Below are positions 54,851 to 64,000 of a stretch of 64,000 bases of DNA, in pieces. Location of the stretch: the NCBI GenBank assembly GCA_964579845.1, contig CAZOHC010000001.1, forward strand, positions 27,196-91,195. Reading direction: 5' to 3'. The translations under genes were made by a program, and so were the position numbers. This DNA comes from an uncultured Gammaproteobacteria bacterium. GTDB lineage: Bacteria > Patescibacteriota > Microgenomatia > Levybacterales > UBA12049. The notes below the pieces were generated by a model. The model ran no database searches. It saw only the letters and a list, made by a program, of their open reading frames with translations, and was not told the DNA's origin. The stretch's first letter is position 1. Every line of letters starts with the position of its first letter.

Positions 54851-55882
54851 TTAATTCGTAAACTCTTGGGTATACATCTTCCCGTAGATCCCCCCATCCA
54901 TCACACCGATGCCGATTTTCCCGAAATTCTCAGAGAGGATATTTGCTTTATGCCCAGGAGAATTCATCAATCCCTGCATCGCAAAAACAGTCGTGGGTGC
55001 CAGTGCGAGGTTTTCACCTGCGGCTAAGAATGCTATGCCTGATGCTTCCATTCGGTCAAATGGTGACAGCGGTGGATCGTCCGGTGTGTAATGTGCGCAG
55101 TTGCACCTGCTGAACATGTCCGCCGAGTTTCCTCTCGCCAGATCACGAAGCTCTGTATCAAAAATAAGTGGTTTCAGTCCGCGCCTAACTCGCTCATGAT
55201 TTACCATGTGAAACATCTCTTGCTCTGCGTCTTCATCAACGCTCGGGTGCTGTACCGTAAAGCCCAGGTCCACTGACTCACTACTCTCCGGTTCAATCGT
55301 CAAATAGGTCAGCGTATCCTTGAGCGCACCTCCGAAAACTTCATTTATTTTTCCTTCAATTACCGCCGTGTTAGCAATCAGTAACGGGCCGGTCCGCGAA
55401 CCTGAGACCAGCTCTTTTAAAGCCGGTGATGAAGGGAGAGCGATAACAACACTAAGCAAAAATGTCAGGACGATAAGTGCTGAAATCAGACCCGGTACCA
55501 TGCCGAGCCAATGATTAAGCCCTGAGAAGCGCTCGCGGACAACATCAGGCAGTGACGGAATAGGATAGCGGTGAACGAGAAATTTCAACAGCAGATTCAG
55601 CCCGATCTCAGCTCCGAGTGCGATACAGAAAAACCCGAGCGCATTAGCAAAGCCTTGTGGCATAGCAAAAAGCATCATGAAGACAGTACCCGCAGCTGTA
55701 TAAAATAACAGTGCCAGAAGAAAAGAAAGGATAAAGCTCAGGAGGTCAAGCGTGGCCAAGAAAAAACCGACGACATACCCCTCATACAGATAAAACGCGA
55801 CAACCGCAAGAACGATAATGTCTAAAATATTAAACGGTAAGGTCGGAAACTGCAGTAATGTGAATAACTCGGTAAAGCTCAT
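54851..55882 (-). CDS. CvpA-like membrane domain fused to a C-terminal CAP/YkwD-like domain
   Basis: N-terminal 4-5 TM (CvpA pattern), then ...GIAFLAAGENLALAP...MNSPGHKANIL..FGKIGIGV, a CAP-domain signature. Confidence 0.6.
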   Translation of the reverse strand: MSFTELFTLLQFPTLPFNILDIIVLAVVAFYLYEGYVVGFFLATLDLLSFILSFLLALLFYTAAGTVFMMLFAMPQGFANALGFFCIALGAEIGLNLLLKFLVHRYPIPSLPDVVRERFSGLNHWLGMVPGLISALIVLTFLLSVVIALPSSPALKELVSGSRTGPLLIANTAVIEGKINEVFGGALKDTLTYLTIEPESSESVDLGFTVQHPSVDEDAEQEMFHMVNHERVRRGLKPLIFDTELRDLARGNSADMFSRCNCAHYTPDDPPLSPFDRMEASGIAFLAAGENLALAPTTVFAMQGLMNSPGHKANILSENFGKIGIGVMDGGIYGKMYTQEFTN

Positions 55883-55978
55883 ACGGTCGTCTTCTTATTA
55901 TACGCAAAACCCGATTCCCTGTCCCCTGGAAACTGAGAGTTTTTGATAGGAAGAAATGAAACATGGTATTATTACCAC

Positions 55979-58138
55979 ATGAAAGTGAAAGTTATCAAGA
56001 AGAAAAAGCTGCCCCGGAAACGGTTTCTTTTCCTGTGGCTCCTCCTTCTCTTACCGATTCTGATCGCAGTCGGTGTTTTTTACTATTATATTCTGAAAGA
56101 CCTTCCCTCACCGACGCATCTGAGCACGAATTCGCTCGGCCAATCAACCCAGATCTATGATCGTAACGGTGTCAGGCTGTATACAATCTATGATAATAAA
56201 AATCAGACCTTCGTTCCGTTAAAGACGATTCCCAGAAACCTTCAGCTCGCAACCTTGGTGGCTGAGGATAAGGATTTTTATAAACACGGCGCGATTGACC
56301 TGCGGGGTGTCGCCAGGGCGTTCTACGCAACAATCTTCCAGAAAAACCTTCAGGGTGGGTCAACACTCACACAGCAGTTAGTAAAAAACAGCTTGCTGAC
56401 GCCGGAGCGCACTATTCAGCGTAAACTCAAAGAACTCATTCTCTCATTCGCAACTGAAGCGCTCTATTCTAAAGATGAGATTATCGAGATGTATCTGAAT
56501 CAGGTTCCTTACGGTGGGACAGCCTACGGTGTTCAAGCTGCGTCAAGAATGTATTTCGGAAAAGACGTGGATAAACTGACACTGGCAGAGAGTGCACTGT
56601 TAGCCGGATTTCCTGAATCACCTTCAACCTATGCACCGTTCGGATCACGCCCTGAACTCGGCAAGCAGCGACAAGAATATATCCTCAGGAGAATGCAGGA
56701 AGAAGGATTTATCACCGCGAAAGAACGTGAAGAAGCACTGAAGCAAAAAATAAGCTTCAGAAGCACGATCAGTGAGATCAAAGCACCGCATTTTGTGTTT
56801 TATGTACGGGATCTTTTAGTAAAAAAATACGGTGAACGAACGGTCAACGAAGGCGGGCTCCAGGTCAAAACCAGCCTGGATCTCTCAATGCAGGAATTTG
56901 CAGAACAAACCGTTGCCAGTGAAGTTGCGGAGTTAAAGCGATTTAACGGTAGTAACGGCGCAGCGCTGGTCACCAACCCCGGGACAGGAGAGGTACTGGC
57001 AATGGTTGGTTCCAGGAACTACTTTGACCAGGAAATTGACGGGAATGTGAATATTACCCTGTCACATCGACAACCAGGCTCTTCAATTAAGCCGATTAAC
57101 TATGCTGTAGGATTGATCAAGGGATATGCTGCTTCAACCCCTTTCATCGATAAAGCAAGTTGCTTTCCAGGAAGGCCGACGTACTGTCCGAAAAACTATG
57201 ACGGGAAATACCACGGTGTTGTTTCTTTCCGAAATGCACTCGGCAACTCACTGAATATCCCGGCCGTACAGATGCTGAAAGTAAACGGGCTGGATGCTAT
57301 GATTGCAACAGCCTCGGCGATGGGTATTACAACCTTTAAAGATCCGGAGCGCTATGGATTATCACTCACCTTAGGCGGTGGTGAGGTCACGATGACTGAT
57401 ATGGCAACTGCCTTCGGTGTCTTCGCAAACAGAGGCTATCGTATTGACCTGCATCCGATTTTAAAAGTCACTGATAAAACAGGAAAAGTGCTCGAAGAAT
57501 ATACCCCACCTGAAAGTCCTATTTTCGGAAAAAAAGTATTACCACCCGGCGTTGCGTTTATAATCTCAGACATTTTACAAGATAACGGAGCCAGAACAAT
57601 GGCGTTCGGGCCAAACTCCATGCTTCGCATTCCGGGACAGACAGTGTCAGTCAAAACAGGTACGACCAATGATTACCGGGATAACTGGACGATCGGCTAT
57701 ACCCCTTCCCTGCTCACAGCTGTTTGGGTAGGAAATAATGATAACACCCCGATGAGCGGCGTTGTCTCAGGTGTCACAGGAGCTGCTCCGATATGGAACA
57801 CACTGATGACGGAGTTTCTCAAAGATAAACCTGCCGAACCGTTAGCACAGCCTTCTGATGTTATTTCGCGAGCAGTCTGCACCAGTAGCGGGAGCATTCC
57901 TCCTGCTGAGGGATGTCAGACACGACGCGAGTATTTCCTCAAAGATTATCCTGTCAAGCAACCGATTACCAGGCGGGAAAAAGTGTTTATTGATAAAGAA
58001 ACCGGCGATATTGCACCGGCAGGTAAGACAGAAAATGTTGAAGAGCGGGAAGAGACGATTATTATCGACCCACTAGGAAACCGTTACTGTCTGACATGTC
58101 CGCACCCCTCCCCGAGTGAATCTCCTCAACCCGAATAG
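55979..58138 (+). CDS. class A penicillin-binding protein (bifunctional glycosyltransferase GT51 / transpeptidase), copy 1
   Basis: GT51 motifs EDKDFYKHGAIDL, GGSTLTQQL; TPase SSIKP, SLN, KTGT. Start at ATG 55979 (the track start is TTG 55943). Confidence 0.85.
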   Translation: MKVKVIKKKKLPRKRFLFLWLLLLLPILIAVGVFYYYILKDLPSPTHLSTNSLGQSTQIYDRNGVRLYTIYDNKNQTFVPLKTIPRNLQLATLVAEDKDFYKHGAIDLRGVARAFYATIFQKNLQGGSTLTQQLVKNSLLTPERTIQRKLKELILSFATEALYSKDEIIEMYLNQVPYGGTAYGVQAASRMYFGKDVDKLTLAESALLAGFPESPSTYAPFGSRPELGKQRQEYILRRMQEEGFITAKEREEALKQKISFRSTISEIKAPHFVFYVRDLLVKKYGERTVNEGGLQVKTSLDLSMQEFAEQTVASEVAELKRFNGSNGAALVTNPGTGEVLAMVGSRNYFDQEIDGNVNITLSHRQPGSSIKPINYAVGLIKGYAASTPFIDKASCFPGRPTYCPKNYDGKYHGVVSFRNALGNSLNIPAVQMLKVNGLDAMIATASAMGITTFKDPERYGLSLTLGGGEVTMTDMATAFGVFANRGYRIDLHPILKVTDKTGKVLEEYTPPESPIFGKKVLPPGVAFIISDILQDNGARTMAFGPNSMLRIPGQTVSVKTGTTNDYRDNWTIGYTPSLLTAVWVGNNDNTPMSGVVSGVTGAAPIWNTLMTEFLKDKPAEPLAQPSDVISRAVCTSSGSIPPAEGCQTRREYFLKDYPVKQPITRREKVFIDKETGDIAPAGKTENVEEREETIIIDPLGNRYCLTCPHPSPSESPQPE

Positions 58139-58216
58139 TCACTCATCCGGTTTTACTGCTTTTCAAGGCCAAACTGCTTTAGTATAATCGTCTGACCTCC
58201 TGCTCTCGTTCTTGCT

Positions 58217-60436
58217 ATGCAAATTGTTGTCTCGTTCATTATTTTACTGTACGTACTTTTCCTAAAACTATGTGCTCGTCTCCTGAAACCGTTTGCGTTT
58301 CTTGCTTCAAAGATTAGACAGCTCGCTGAGAACAGCAAAGACGGAATACGAACGATTCGCCACAAAACAAGAAGTCTCGTGAGGAAACTCACTCCCAGAA
58401 AAGAGTCAAGAGTCCTGCAGACAGACACCGCTGGTACAGACGTGAGCAATCTACTGAAAATCCCGTTTCGATTTAAGCTTCGTTACTTTATCCTCGGATC
58501 TGTTTTTTCACTGCTCTTTGCGTTTCTGCCGCTACTTTTTTATCTGTTCCTCCAGGATCTTCCCAACCCGAAGGAACTCAGTATCAGACAAATTCCCCAA
58601 GCAACCAAGATTTACGACCGAAACGGCACCCTGCTCTACCAGATCTATGCACAGCATAACCGAACGATTATTACTCTCAACGATGTCCCGAAGTCGCTGC
58701 AACACGCAACACTCGCCATTGAAGATAAAAACTTTTATTCTCACCCCGGCTTTGATCTCCCGGCGATAACCCGAGCTTTCATCGAGAATATGAAAGGGAA
58801 CAATATCCAAGGAGGATCAACAATTACCCAGCAGCTCATTAAATCCTCCATGCTCACACCGGAGCGGCTCATCTCGCGGAAAATTAAAGAAGTTATCCTC
58901 GCATTCTGGACAGAGCGGATGTATACGAAAAATGAAATTCTTGAAATGTATTTCAACCAGATTCCTTATGGCGGAACCGCCTGGGGAGTAGAAGCAGCAG
59001 CTGAGATATACTTCGGCAAATCAGTCCAGCAGCTTACACTGGCAGAAAGTGCGTTTCTGGCAGGAATAACCGCAGCACCCAGTGCATACTCTCCGTACGG
59101 CCCCAATCCGACGGCCTGGAAGTCCAGGCAGAAAGAAGTGCTCAATCGCATGGTTATTCTTGGTTATATATCCGAAAAAGAAGCAAAAACAGCTGAAGAA
59201 CAAGTCCTTACCTTCCAGCCGCTCAGAACAGCGATGCGTGCTCCTCACTTCATCCAGTATGTCAAAGACGTTCTCACCGAACGGTATGGACTTCCCATGC
59301 TCGAGCGGGGCGGGTTGACGGTCGTAACTTCGCTCGATCTGAGTCTGCAAGAGTCCACCCAGGAGATTGTGGCTGATGAGGTCGCACAGGCTTCATACCT
59401 CCAGGTCAGTAATGGCGCAGCATTAATTACTGACCCGAGAAACGGTGATATCCTGGCAATGGTCGGCTCCAAAGACTTCAATAACCCGAACGGAGGAAAA
59501 GTGAATCTGACAACAGCATACCGTCAACCGGGAAGCACGGTCAAAGTTATCACCTACAGCGCTGCATTAGCAAACGGATTCACGGCTGCATCTATTGTTG
59601 ACGATACCCCGATCACATACCCGAATCCGGGAGGAACACCGTATACGCCGGTGAACTATGACGGCACATACCGAGGAAGAGTCCCCCTGAGATTTGCTTT
59701 GGCAAATTCACTGAATATTCCGGCAGTAAAAATTCTGCAGCAGGTAGGTATTCCGACCATGGTGACACTTGCCCAGGAAATGGGAATACGAAGCTGGCAG
59801 GATCCTGAAGCATATGGCCTCGCGGTGACACTGGGAGGGTCGGAAGCGACAATGCTTGAGATGGCTACTGTTTTCGGGACGTTGGCACATTCCGGAAAAA
59901 GAACTGATCTCAACCCTATTCTGAAGATCAGCGACGTGAAAGGTGAAATTATCGAAGAAAAGACTAACCCACCACAACCACAGGTACTGGACGAACGAAT
60001 AGCATTTATTATTTCAGACATTCTGTCTGATAACCAGTCCCGTGCTGCTGCCTTCGGAGCAAACTCTATTCTGACGATTCCAAATCACACGGTATCGGTC
60101 AAAACAGGAACTTCTGATAACAAACGCGATAACTGGACCATCGGGTATACTGATCACCGCGTTGTCACCGTCTGGGTTGGGAATAATGACAACTCTCCGA
60201 TGAGCCCCACACTCGCTTCAGGAATTACCGGTGCAGCTCCAATCTGGAACAGAGTTATGACAAATCTTCTTGAAAAAATACCGGAGAAAAAAAGAGCAAT
60301 CCCTTCAGACATTGTGCAGCGCGCATGTTTCGGGAGAATGGAGTATTTTATCAAAGGAACGGAAAACAGTGTCAGCTGTTCCCGTTCTCGAGAGGCAACA
60401 CCGACGACTCAACCTCTTTGGCAACGATTTCGCTGA
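58217..60436 (+). CDS. class A penicillin-binding protein, copy 2 (tandem paralog with a long cytoplasmic N-tail)
   Basis: EDKNFYSHPGFDL, GGSTITQQL, GSTVKV, SLN, KTGTS; its 3' end overlaps the convergent rpe by 65 nt. Confidence 0.85.
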   Translation: MQIVVSFIILLYVLFLKLCARLLKPFAFLASKIRQLAENSKDGIRTIRHKTRSLVRKLTPRKESRVLQTDTAGTDVSNLLKIPFRFKLRYFILGSVFSLLFAFLPLLFYLFLQDLPNPKELSIRQIPQATKIYDRNGTLLYQIYAQHNRTIITLNDVPKSLQHATLAIEDKNFYSHPGFDLPAITRAFIENMKGNNIQGGSTITQQLIKSSMLTPERLISRKIKEVILAFWTERMYTKNEILEMYFNQIPYGGTAWGVEAAAEIYFGKSVQQLTLAESAFLAGITAAPSAYSPYGPNPTAWKSRQKEVLNRMVILGYISEKEAKTAEEQVLTFQPLRTAMRAPHFIQYVKDVLTERYGLPMLERGGLTVVTSLDLSLQESTQEIVADEVAQASYLQVSNGAALITDPRNGDILAMVGSKDFNNPNGGKVNLTTAYRQPGSTVKVITYSAALANGFTAASIVDDTPITYPNPGGTPYTPVNYDGTYRGRVPLRFALANSLNIPAVKILQQVGIPTMVTLAQEMGIRSWQDPEAYGLAVTLGGSEATMLEMATVFGTLAHSGKRTDLNPILKISDVKGEIIEEKTNPPQPQVLDERIAFIISDILSDNQSRAAAFGANSILTIPNHTVSVKTGTSDNKRDNWTIGYTDHRVVTVWVGNNDNSPMSPTLASGITGAAPIWNRVMTNLLEKIPEKKRAIPSDIVQRACFGRMEYFIKGTENSVSCSRSREATPTTQPLWQRFR

Positions 60437-61049
60437 GGTGATGATACGCCTCTTGAGGGTCATCTTTTGAGAACAATGCTGAGGTCGCGACAAAACGTCT
60501 GGCTCCTGCCTGATACACCTTCGTAATCGTTTGATCGGTAATTCCCCCGTCAACCTCAATTGTCAGCATCGGATGCTGTTTGGCAAGTGAGGCAATTTTG
60601 TGCAATGAATTTTCAAGAAACACTTGCCCTGAGAACCCCGCCTTCACACTCATCACGAGCACGCTATCAAGATTCTCAAACGGAACGGTAATTGCGCTCA
60701 AAGGTGTATCAGCATCGAGCACAAGCCCAACCTCACCGAGTGACTCAGTGACTGCAACAAATTCTGTCTGGTCAGGCATCATCTCCACATGTCCCAAAAA
60801 CCGTCGGAACCCTGCCTCAGCAAATGGCTTCACGTATTGGAGAGGATCTTCAACCATGAGGTGGAGCTCAAAAAGCGTATCCTTTGTATACGAAGTAAAC
60901 GGATGAGGATCACGAAACGTAAAATTCTCAGCAAATTTTCCGTCGAGCAAATCGATATGAACCGTTTTCGCAAACGAGGTAACCACATCAAGTTTTGCTT
61001 TCATGGCTTCCCATTCCTGCTCTAGTATACCGGGTACTATTTCAGTCAT
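60372..61049 (-). CDS. rpe: ribulose-phosphate 3-epimerase
   Basis: VHIDLLDGKFAENFTF, MMPDQ, VDGGI. Confidence 0.85.
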   Translation of the reverse strand: MTEIVPGILEQEWEAMKAKLDVVTSFAKTVHIDLLDGKFAENFTFRDPHPFTSYTKDTLFELHLMVEDPLQYVKPFAEAGFRRFLGHVEMMPDQTEFVAVTESLGEVGLVLDADTPLSAITVPFENLDSVLVMSVKAGFSGQVFLENSLHKIASLAKQHPMLTIEVDGGITDQTITKVYQAGARRFVATSALFSKDDPQEAYHHLSEIVAKEVESSVLPLENGNS

Positions 61050-61504
61050 ACATTTGTTCTCTGTTTCTCAAGTGCTGCAACTTTATCAAGACGTTTACTA
61101 TATCGTTCATTTGAAGAAAACGGCGTCGACAGAAAGGATTTCACCATTTTTTTCAGTTCTTCAGGAAGCGTATAATCAGTTGCAAGTGCGAGCACGTTAA
61201 TATCATCGTCCTTTCGTGCTGCCATCACCTGATCTTCAGCAATTCCCAGTCCCGAGCGAATACCGTTGACTTTATTTGCCACCATATCCACACCAACACC
61301 ACTCCCGCACAGTACAATTCCCCGAGAAGTAGAGTCTGTTGCTACCTTTGTTGCGACTGCGTGCGCATAATCAACATAGTCATCATCAGGAATCACACGA
61401 TCAGCACCGAGATCAAGAACCTCAACACCCAGTTCTGCTAACAGTAGCTTTACCTGTTCTTTGGCGGGAAACCCTCTGTGATCAGCACCGATATATACTC
61501 TCAT
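61046..61504 (-). CDS. rpiB: ribose-5-phosphate isomerase B
   Basis: MRVYIGADHRGF...VLCGSGVGVDMVANK; 152 aa. Confidence 0.85.
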   Translation of the reverse strand: MRVYIGADHRGFPAKEQVKLLLAELGVEVLDLGADRVIPDDDYVDYAHAVATKVATDSTSRGIVLCGSGVGVDMVANKVNGIRSGLGIAEDQVMAARKDDDINVLALATDYTLPEELKKMVKSFLSTPFSSNERYSKRLDKVAALEKQRTNV

Positions 61505-61507
61505 CGC

Positions 61508-62494
61508 TTATTTCTCCGTGACGATTTCACGAACTCGTACTCGCTTTTCTTCCAGCTCGTCATTCATCTGTTTTTTCGTCAGCAACCCTGGCTGCGAGCC
61601 GACCTGACCGATAACTGATGAGGAGCTCAATGTTCCCCATTGCATCGCCTCAGTAATATCTTTTCCGGAAAGAATAGCGCCTAAAAATCCGGTCGCATAA
61701 CTGTCACCTGCTCCTGTTTTTTCAATAACCGGGACTTTCAAAATCGGCGCGTGATAGATCGTCCGTGTCGCATCCATCGCATACGAACCATCCTCACCAT
61801 CTGTCACGACGACTGTCTCAGCACCCAGCGTATGCAGAGAGTTAAGCAGCAGTTCCATATCCTGTTTCCCTGTTTCCCGTCCGATAAGACGAAATCCTTC
61901 TTCTTTATTAATAAACAATATTCCCGTCATTGCCAGCATATCCCGGATAAAGCCGGGCGCATCTATAAGCTGTCTGGTACCGGGGTTTAAGACTAAGAAT
62001 GTCTTTTTCTCCCGAACATACTCTCTGACCATCTGATAGACATGCTTCCAGTCATTGCCGATTGAGGTCAGATAGAGGCAGTGTGCACCCACGCCATAAA
62101 GCGAAAAATCATGCTCACGCTCAACATGCTGAACAAGCAGTGTGCGTTCCCCTTTAAGATTAATACCGATCGCGAATGAGGAACGTCCTTTTCTTTTCAC
62201 CTTAACGGTTTCGACTTTTTCTTTTTTCAGCCGTAATAGAATCGTCTCACTGAATTCATCTTCCCCAGTCTCAGCCATGAGACCGGTAACAAAGCCTAAC
62301 CGGGATAATCCGACGGCAACATTACAGGCATTGCCGCCAACCTCAAAGACACAGTCTGTCAGCTGAATTTTCTCTCCTGAGGCCAAGCGAAGTTCATTCC
62401 GTTCTTTATCCAAGCGAATATTCTTCTCATCATCCCCGATTGAGAGAAACGCGTCTATCAGTGCATTACCGATCGTGAGGACATCAAAGTGCAT
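61508..62494 (-). CDS. PfkB-family carbohydrate kinase (ribokinase-like)
   Basis: N-terminal LTIGNALID; C-terminal VVTDGEDGSYA and TGAGDSYATGFL anion-hole motifs. Confidence 0.8.
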   Translation of the reverse strand: MHFDVLTIGNALIDAFLSIGDDEKNIRLDKERNELRLASGEKIQLTDCVFEVGGNACNVAVGLSRLGFVTGLMAETGEDEFSETILLRLKKEKVETVKVKRKGRSSFAIGINLKGERTLLVQHVEREHDFSLYGVGAHCLYLTSIGNDWKHVYQMVREYVREKKTFLVLNPGTRQLIDAPGFIRDMLAMTGILFINKEEGFRLIGRETGKQDMELLLNSLHTLGAETVVVTDGEDGSYAMDATRTIYHAPILKVPVIEKTGAGDSYATGFLGAILSGKDITEAMQWGTLSSSSVIGQVGSQPGLLTKKQMNDELEEKRVRVREIVTEK

Positions 62495-62539
62495 ACTTCC
62501 ATGCTATATGATGCATGAGGCTTTGACAAGTCACGCTAC

Positions 62540-63100
62540 TTACTCCTCAGCTTCAGTTTCTTTCTCATCTCTGTCCCGGCCGATAATTACGACAACATCA
62601 GCATTTGCGCTCACATCTTCTTCTTCGATTGATTCAACGGTATAGTTTGCTGACAAAGCCTGTCTCACAGCATCAGCCGCTCCTTTCTCCCCTGCCCGAT
62701 ACTGAATCGAAAGCCCCACTTGATCATAGCTTTCGGCATTCCCGGTCGTCACCGTTGTGAAACCTGCATCCTTTAACACCGTTGCAGCGTCGCCTGCAGC
62801 TCCAGCCACACCGCTGCCGTTGAGCACTGAAATTCGGACCGTCTTTTTATCTTCATCTTTGAATGGTTCAGCAGTCGGAGTCGGGGTGGTAGTCGGCATG
62901 ACCTGTGCTGTGGGTGTCGGCTGGGTATTGAGTTGGTCAAGTGTCGGCAGCTCAGGAAGCGTAAAACCGTTCTGTTTGAGGTAAAAATTAGCTGCAAAAA
63001 GCAAAAACCCGAGCAGTAGGCCGATCGGGATAATATAATAAAGCCCGATTCGGCGATGTTTCGGGCTTTGTGTAGACACTGGTCGTGCCACATCATCCAT
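62540..63100 (-). CDS. membrane-anchored LytR_C-domain protein
   Basis: TM anchor, Pro/Thr linker, C-terminal VRISVLNGSGVAGAAGDAATVLKDAGFTT...VVVIIGRD (LytR C-terminal domain); start at MDDVARP. Confidence 0.6.
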   Translation of the reverse strand: MDDVARPVSTQSPKHRRIGLYYIIPIGLLLGFLLFAANFYLKQNGFTLPELPTLDQLNTQPTPTAQVMPTTTPTPTAEPFKDEDKKTVRISVLNGSGVAGAAGDAATVLKDAGFTTVTTGNAESYDQVGLSIQYRAGEKGAADAVRQALSANYTVESIEEEDVSANADVVVIIGRDRDEKETEAEE

Positions 63101-63178
63101 AGCAGTTGTACTATAACAGATTTTGTCTCCTTGGCAAGAAAATGAGCTTCGCATTACCCCTTTACCCGGTTTGCTATA

Positions 63179-64000
63179 ATGAAAGATATGCCCTTCAAGA
63201 ATCGTCTTCTGCTTGCCTGTTGCTTCATTGGCTTAGTTCTCATGATGATGCTTCCGTACACTGCATTCGGCCGGGACGAGCTGGATGAAATTAATGATCA
63301 GATAAACGACCTTACCACGAAGCTCAATCAATCAATTGCTGCGACAAAACCTCTGGAGTCACAACTCGCAGGACTCAAGACACAGATTGAGGGAATTAAA
63401 GGACGGGTGAATTCGATCGATAAGGACTTAGAAGCCAAGAAAAAAACGATTGATGACGGATATAAGTCACTTGAACAGAAACAAATCGTCTTGAATAAAA
63501 CAATCAGGGATTACTACATAAAATCGTATTATAACTCACCGCTTCTGATCTTTTTTTCATCAGACTCTGCCTCCGATGTTACCCGTGTTATGGCGTATCA
63601 ACGAGCCGCAGCAAATCAGGATAAAAGTATTATCACCGGTATCGTGGTGTCAATCACAGGACTTGAAGAAAAACGCGAGCAACTGAAGCGGGAGCAGGCA
63701 CGACTACTTATCGCGAGGAATAACCTGGATGAACAGAGCCGAAAACTTGATGAAGTTATCCTCGGTGCGAAGACCTACCAAGCAGAGGTGTCAGGAAAAA
63801 TTGCGGCACTCTCCTCAAAACAGCAAGAAATTGTCAACGCGAGATCGGGAAACTATACCTTTACCATCGGCAACGGTGAACTGGCTGATGAGTACCTGTC
63901 CTCCGCCAAGGGCTTTCGAGAATCAGCCCCGGCAGGATCATTTGCGATTTTCTCATTCGGCGGGTATACACACCGAAAGGGTATGAGTCAGTATGGAGCC
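63179..64000 (+). CDS. partial CDS (5' part): signal peptide, long coiled-coil, then SpoIID/LytB-like domain (runs off the window)
   Basis: Open frame from ATG 63179 to the window end, absent from the ORF track because there is no stop; ends ...FAIFSFGGYTHRKGMSQYGA, resembling the SpoIID GHGVGMSQ.GA motif. Confidence 0.55.
   Translation, partial: MKDMPFKNRLLLACCFIGLVLMMMLPYTAFGRDELDEINDQINDLTTKLNQSIAATKPLESQLAGLKTQIEGIKGRVNSIDKDLEAKKKTIDDGYKSLEQKQIVLNKTIRDYYIKSYYNSPLLIFFSSDSASDVTRVMAYQRAAANQDKSIITGIVVSITGLEEKREQLKREQARLLIARNNLDEQSRKLDEVILGAKTYQAEVSGKIAALSSKQQEIVNARSGNYTFTIGNGELADEYLSSAKGFRESAPAGSFAIFSFGGYTHRKGMSQYGA

Noticed and set aside
888-62984. Numerous 60-130 aa ORFs nested in or antisense to large genes (e.g. 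888-1079, 2947-3246, 4248-4589, 22374-22721, 29104-29505, 43166-43534, 59021-59350)
   Set aside because: They overlap strongly supported genes in other frames or strands, have no motifs or RBS, and show biased composition typical of shadow ORFs.
1-64000. Possibility that TGA is reassigned (code 25 / code 4), which would explain the in-frame TGAs in pilN and the 33209 ORF
   Set aside because: TGA clearly functions as a stop: at least six genes end on TGA in ATGA-type translational-coupling overlaps (pilO 8272, 8583, 9971, 12899, NUDIX, msrA, pduO), and long ORFs are intact under the standard code.
1-64000. CRISPR arrays, rRNA genes, transposases/IS elements
   Set aside because: No regularly spaced direct repeats with unique spacers, no rRNA-like conserved stretches, and no transposase/DDE motifs were seen. 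The only tandem repeats are the short SSRs reported.

Overview
This 64 kb window looks like a small-genome bacterial chromosome, possibly a CPR/Patescibacteria-like organism, at roughly 45–50% GC, dominated by housekeeping genes. Identified genes include murB, a two-subunit ATP-citrate lyase (aclB/aclA), fusA, tpiA, a UvrD/PcrA helicase, a FemAB-family transferase, an LCP protein, sod, rnhA, clpB, truB, msrA, xerC/D, gapA, gmk, two tandem class A PBPs, rpe, rpiB and a PfkB sugar kinase. Accessory content is a pilN–pilO locus followed by a surface Ig/FN3 protein and a run of glycan-assembly genes: a UGM-like flavoprotein, at least three GT-C-type transferases, an extended SDR epimerase, a HAD hydrolase and a DUF2298-like giant membrane protein. 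There is also a B12 block: nrdR–nrdJ, then a DUF4430 / S-component-like / PduO adenosyltransferase operon. Two paralogous cobalamin-riboswitch-like leaders lie here; the second precedes an unannotated three-gene cluster (a 411-aa zinc-ribbon protein, a disordered 159-aa protein, and a membrane-anchored TraD/VirD4/FtsK-like ATPase) that ends at a tRNA-Ile(UAU) with an adjacent tRNA 3'-fragment remnant. A strong sigma70 promoter and an intrinsic terminator bracket a 66-nt tRNA-like RNA next to a tRNA(CAU). Two ORFs (pilN and a small ORF with a perfect SD) carry in-frame TGA codons, although TGA is clearly used as a stop elsewhere. Other points: a heptanucleotide coding SSR in the FemAB-like gene, NrdR boxes, a CIRCE-like inverted repeat at clpB, and several leaderless-type promoters. 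No CRISPR array or rRNA was seen. All calls rest on reading the sequence and ORF translations only; no database searches were run.
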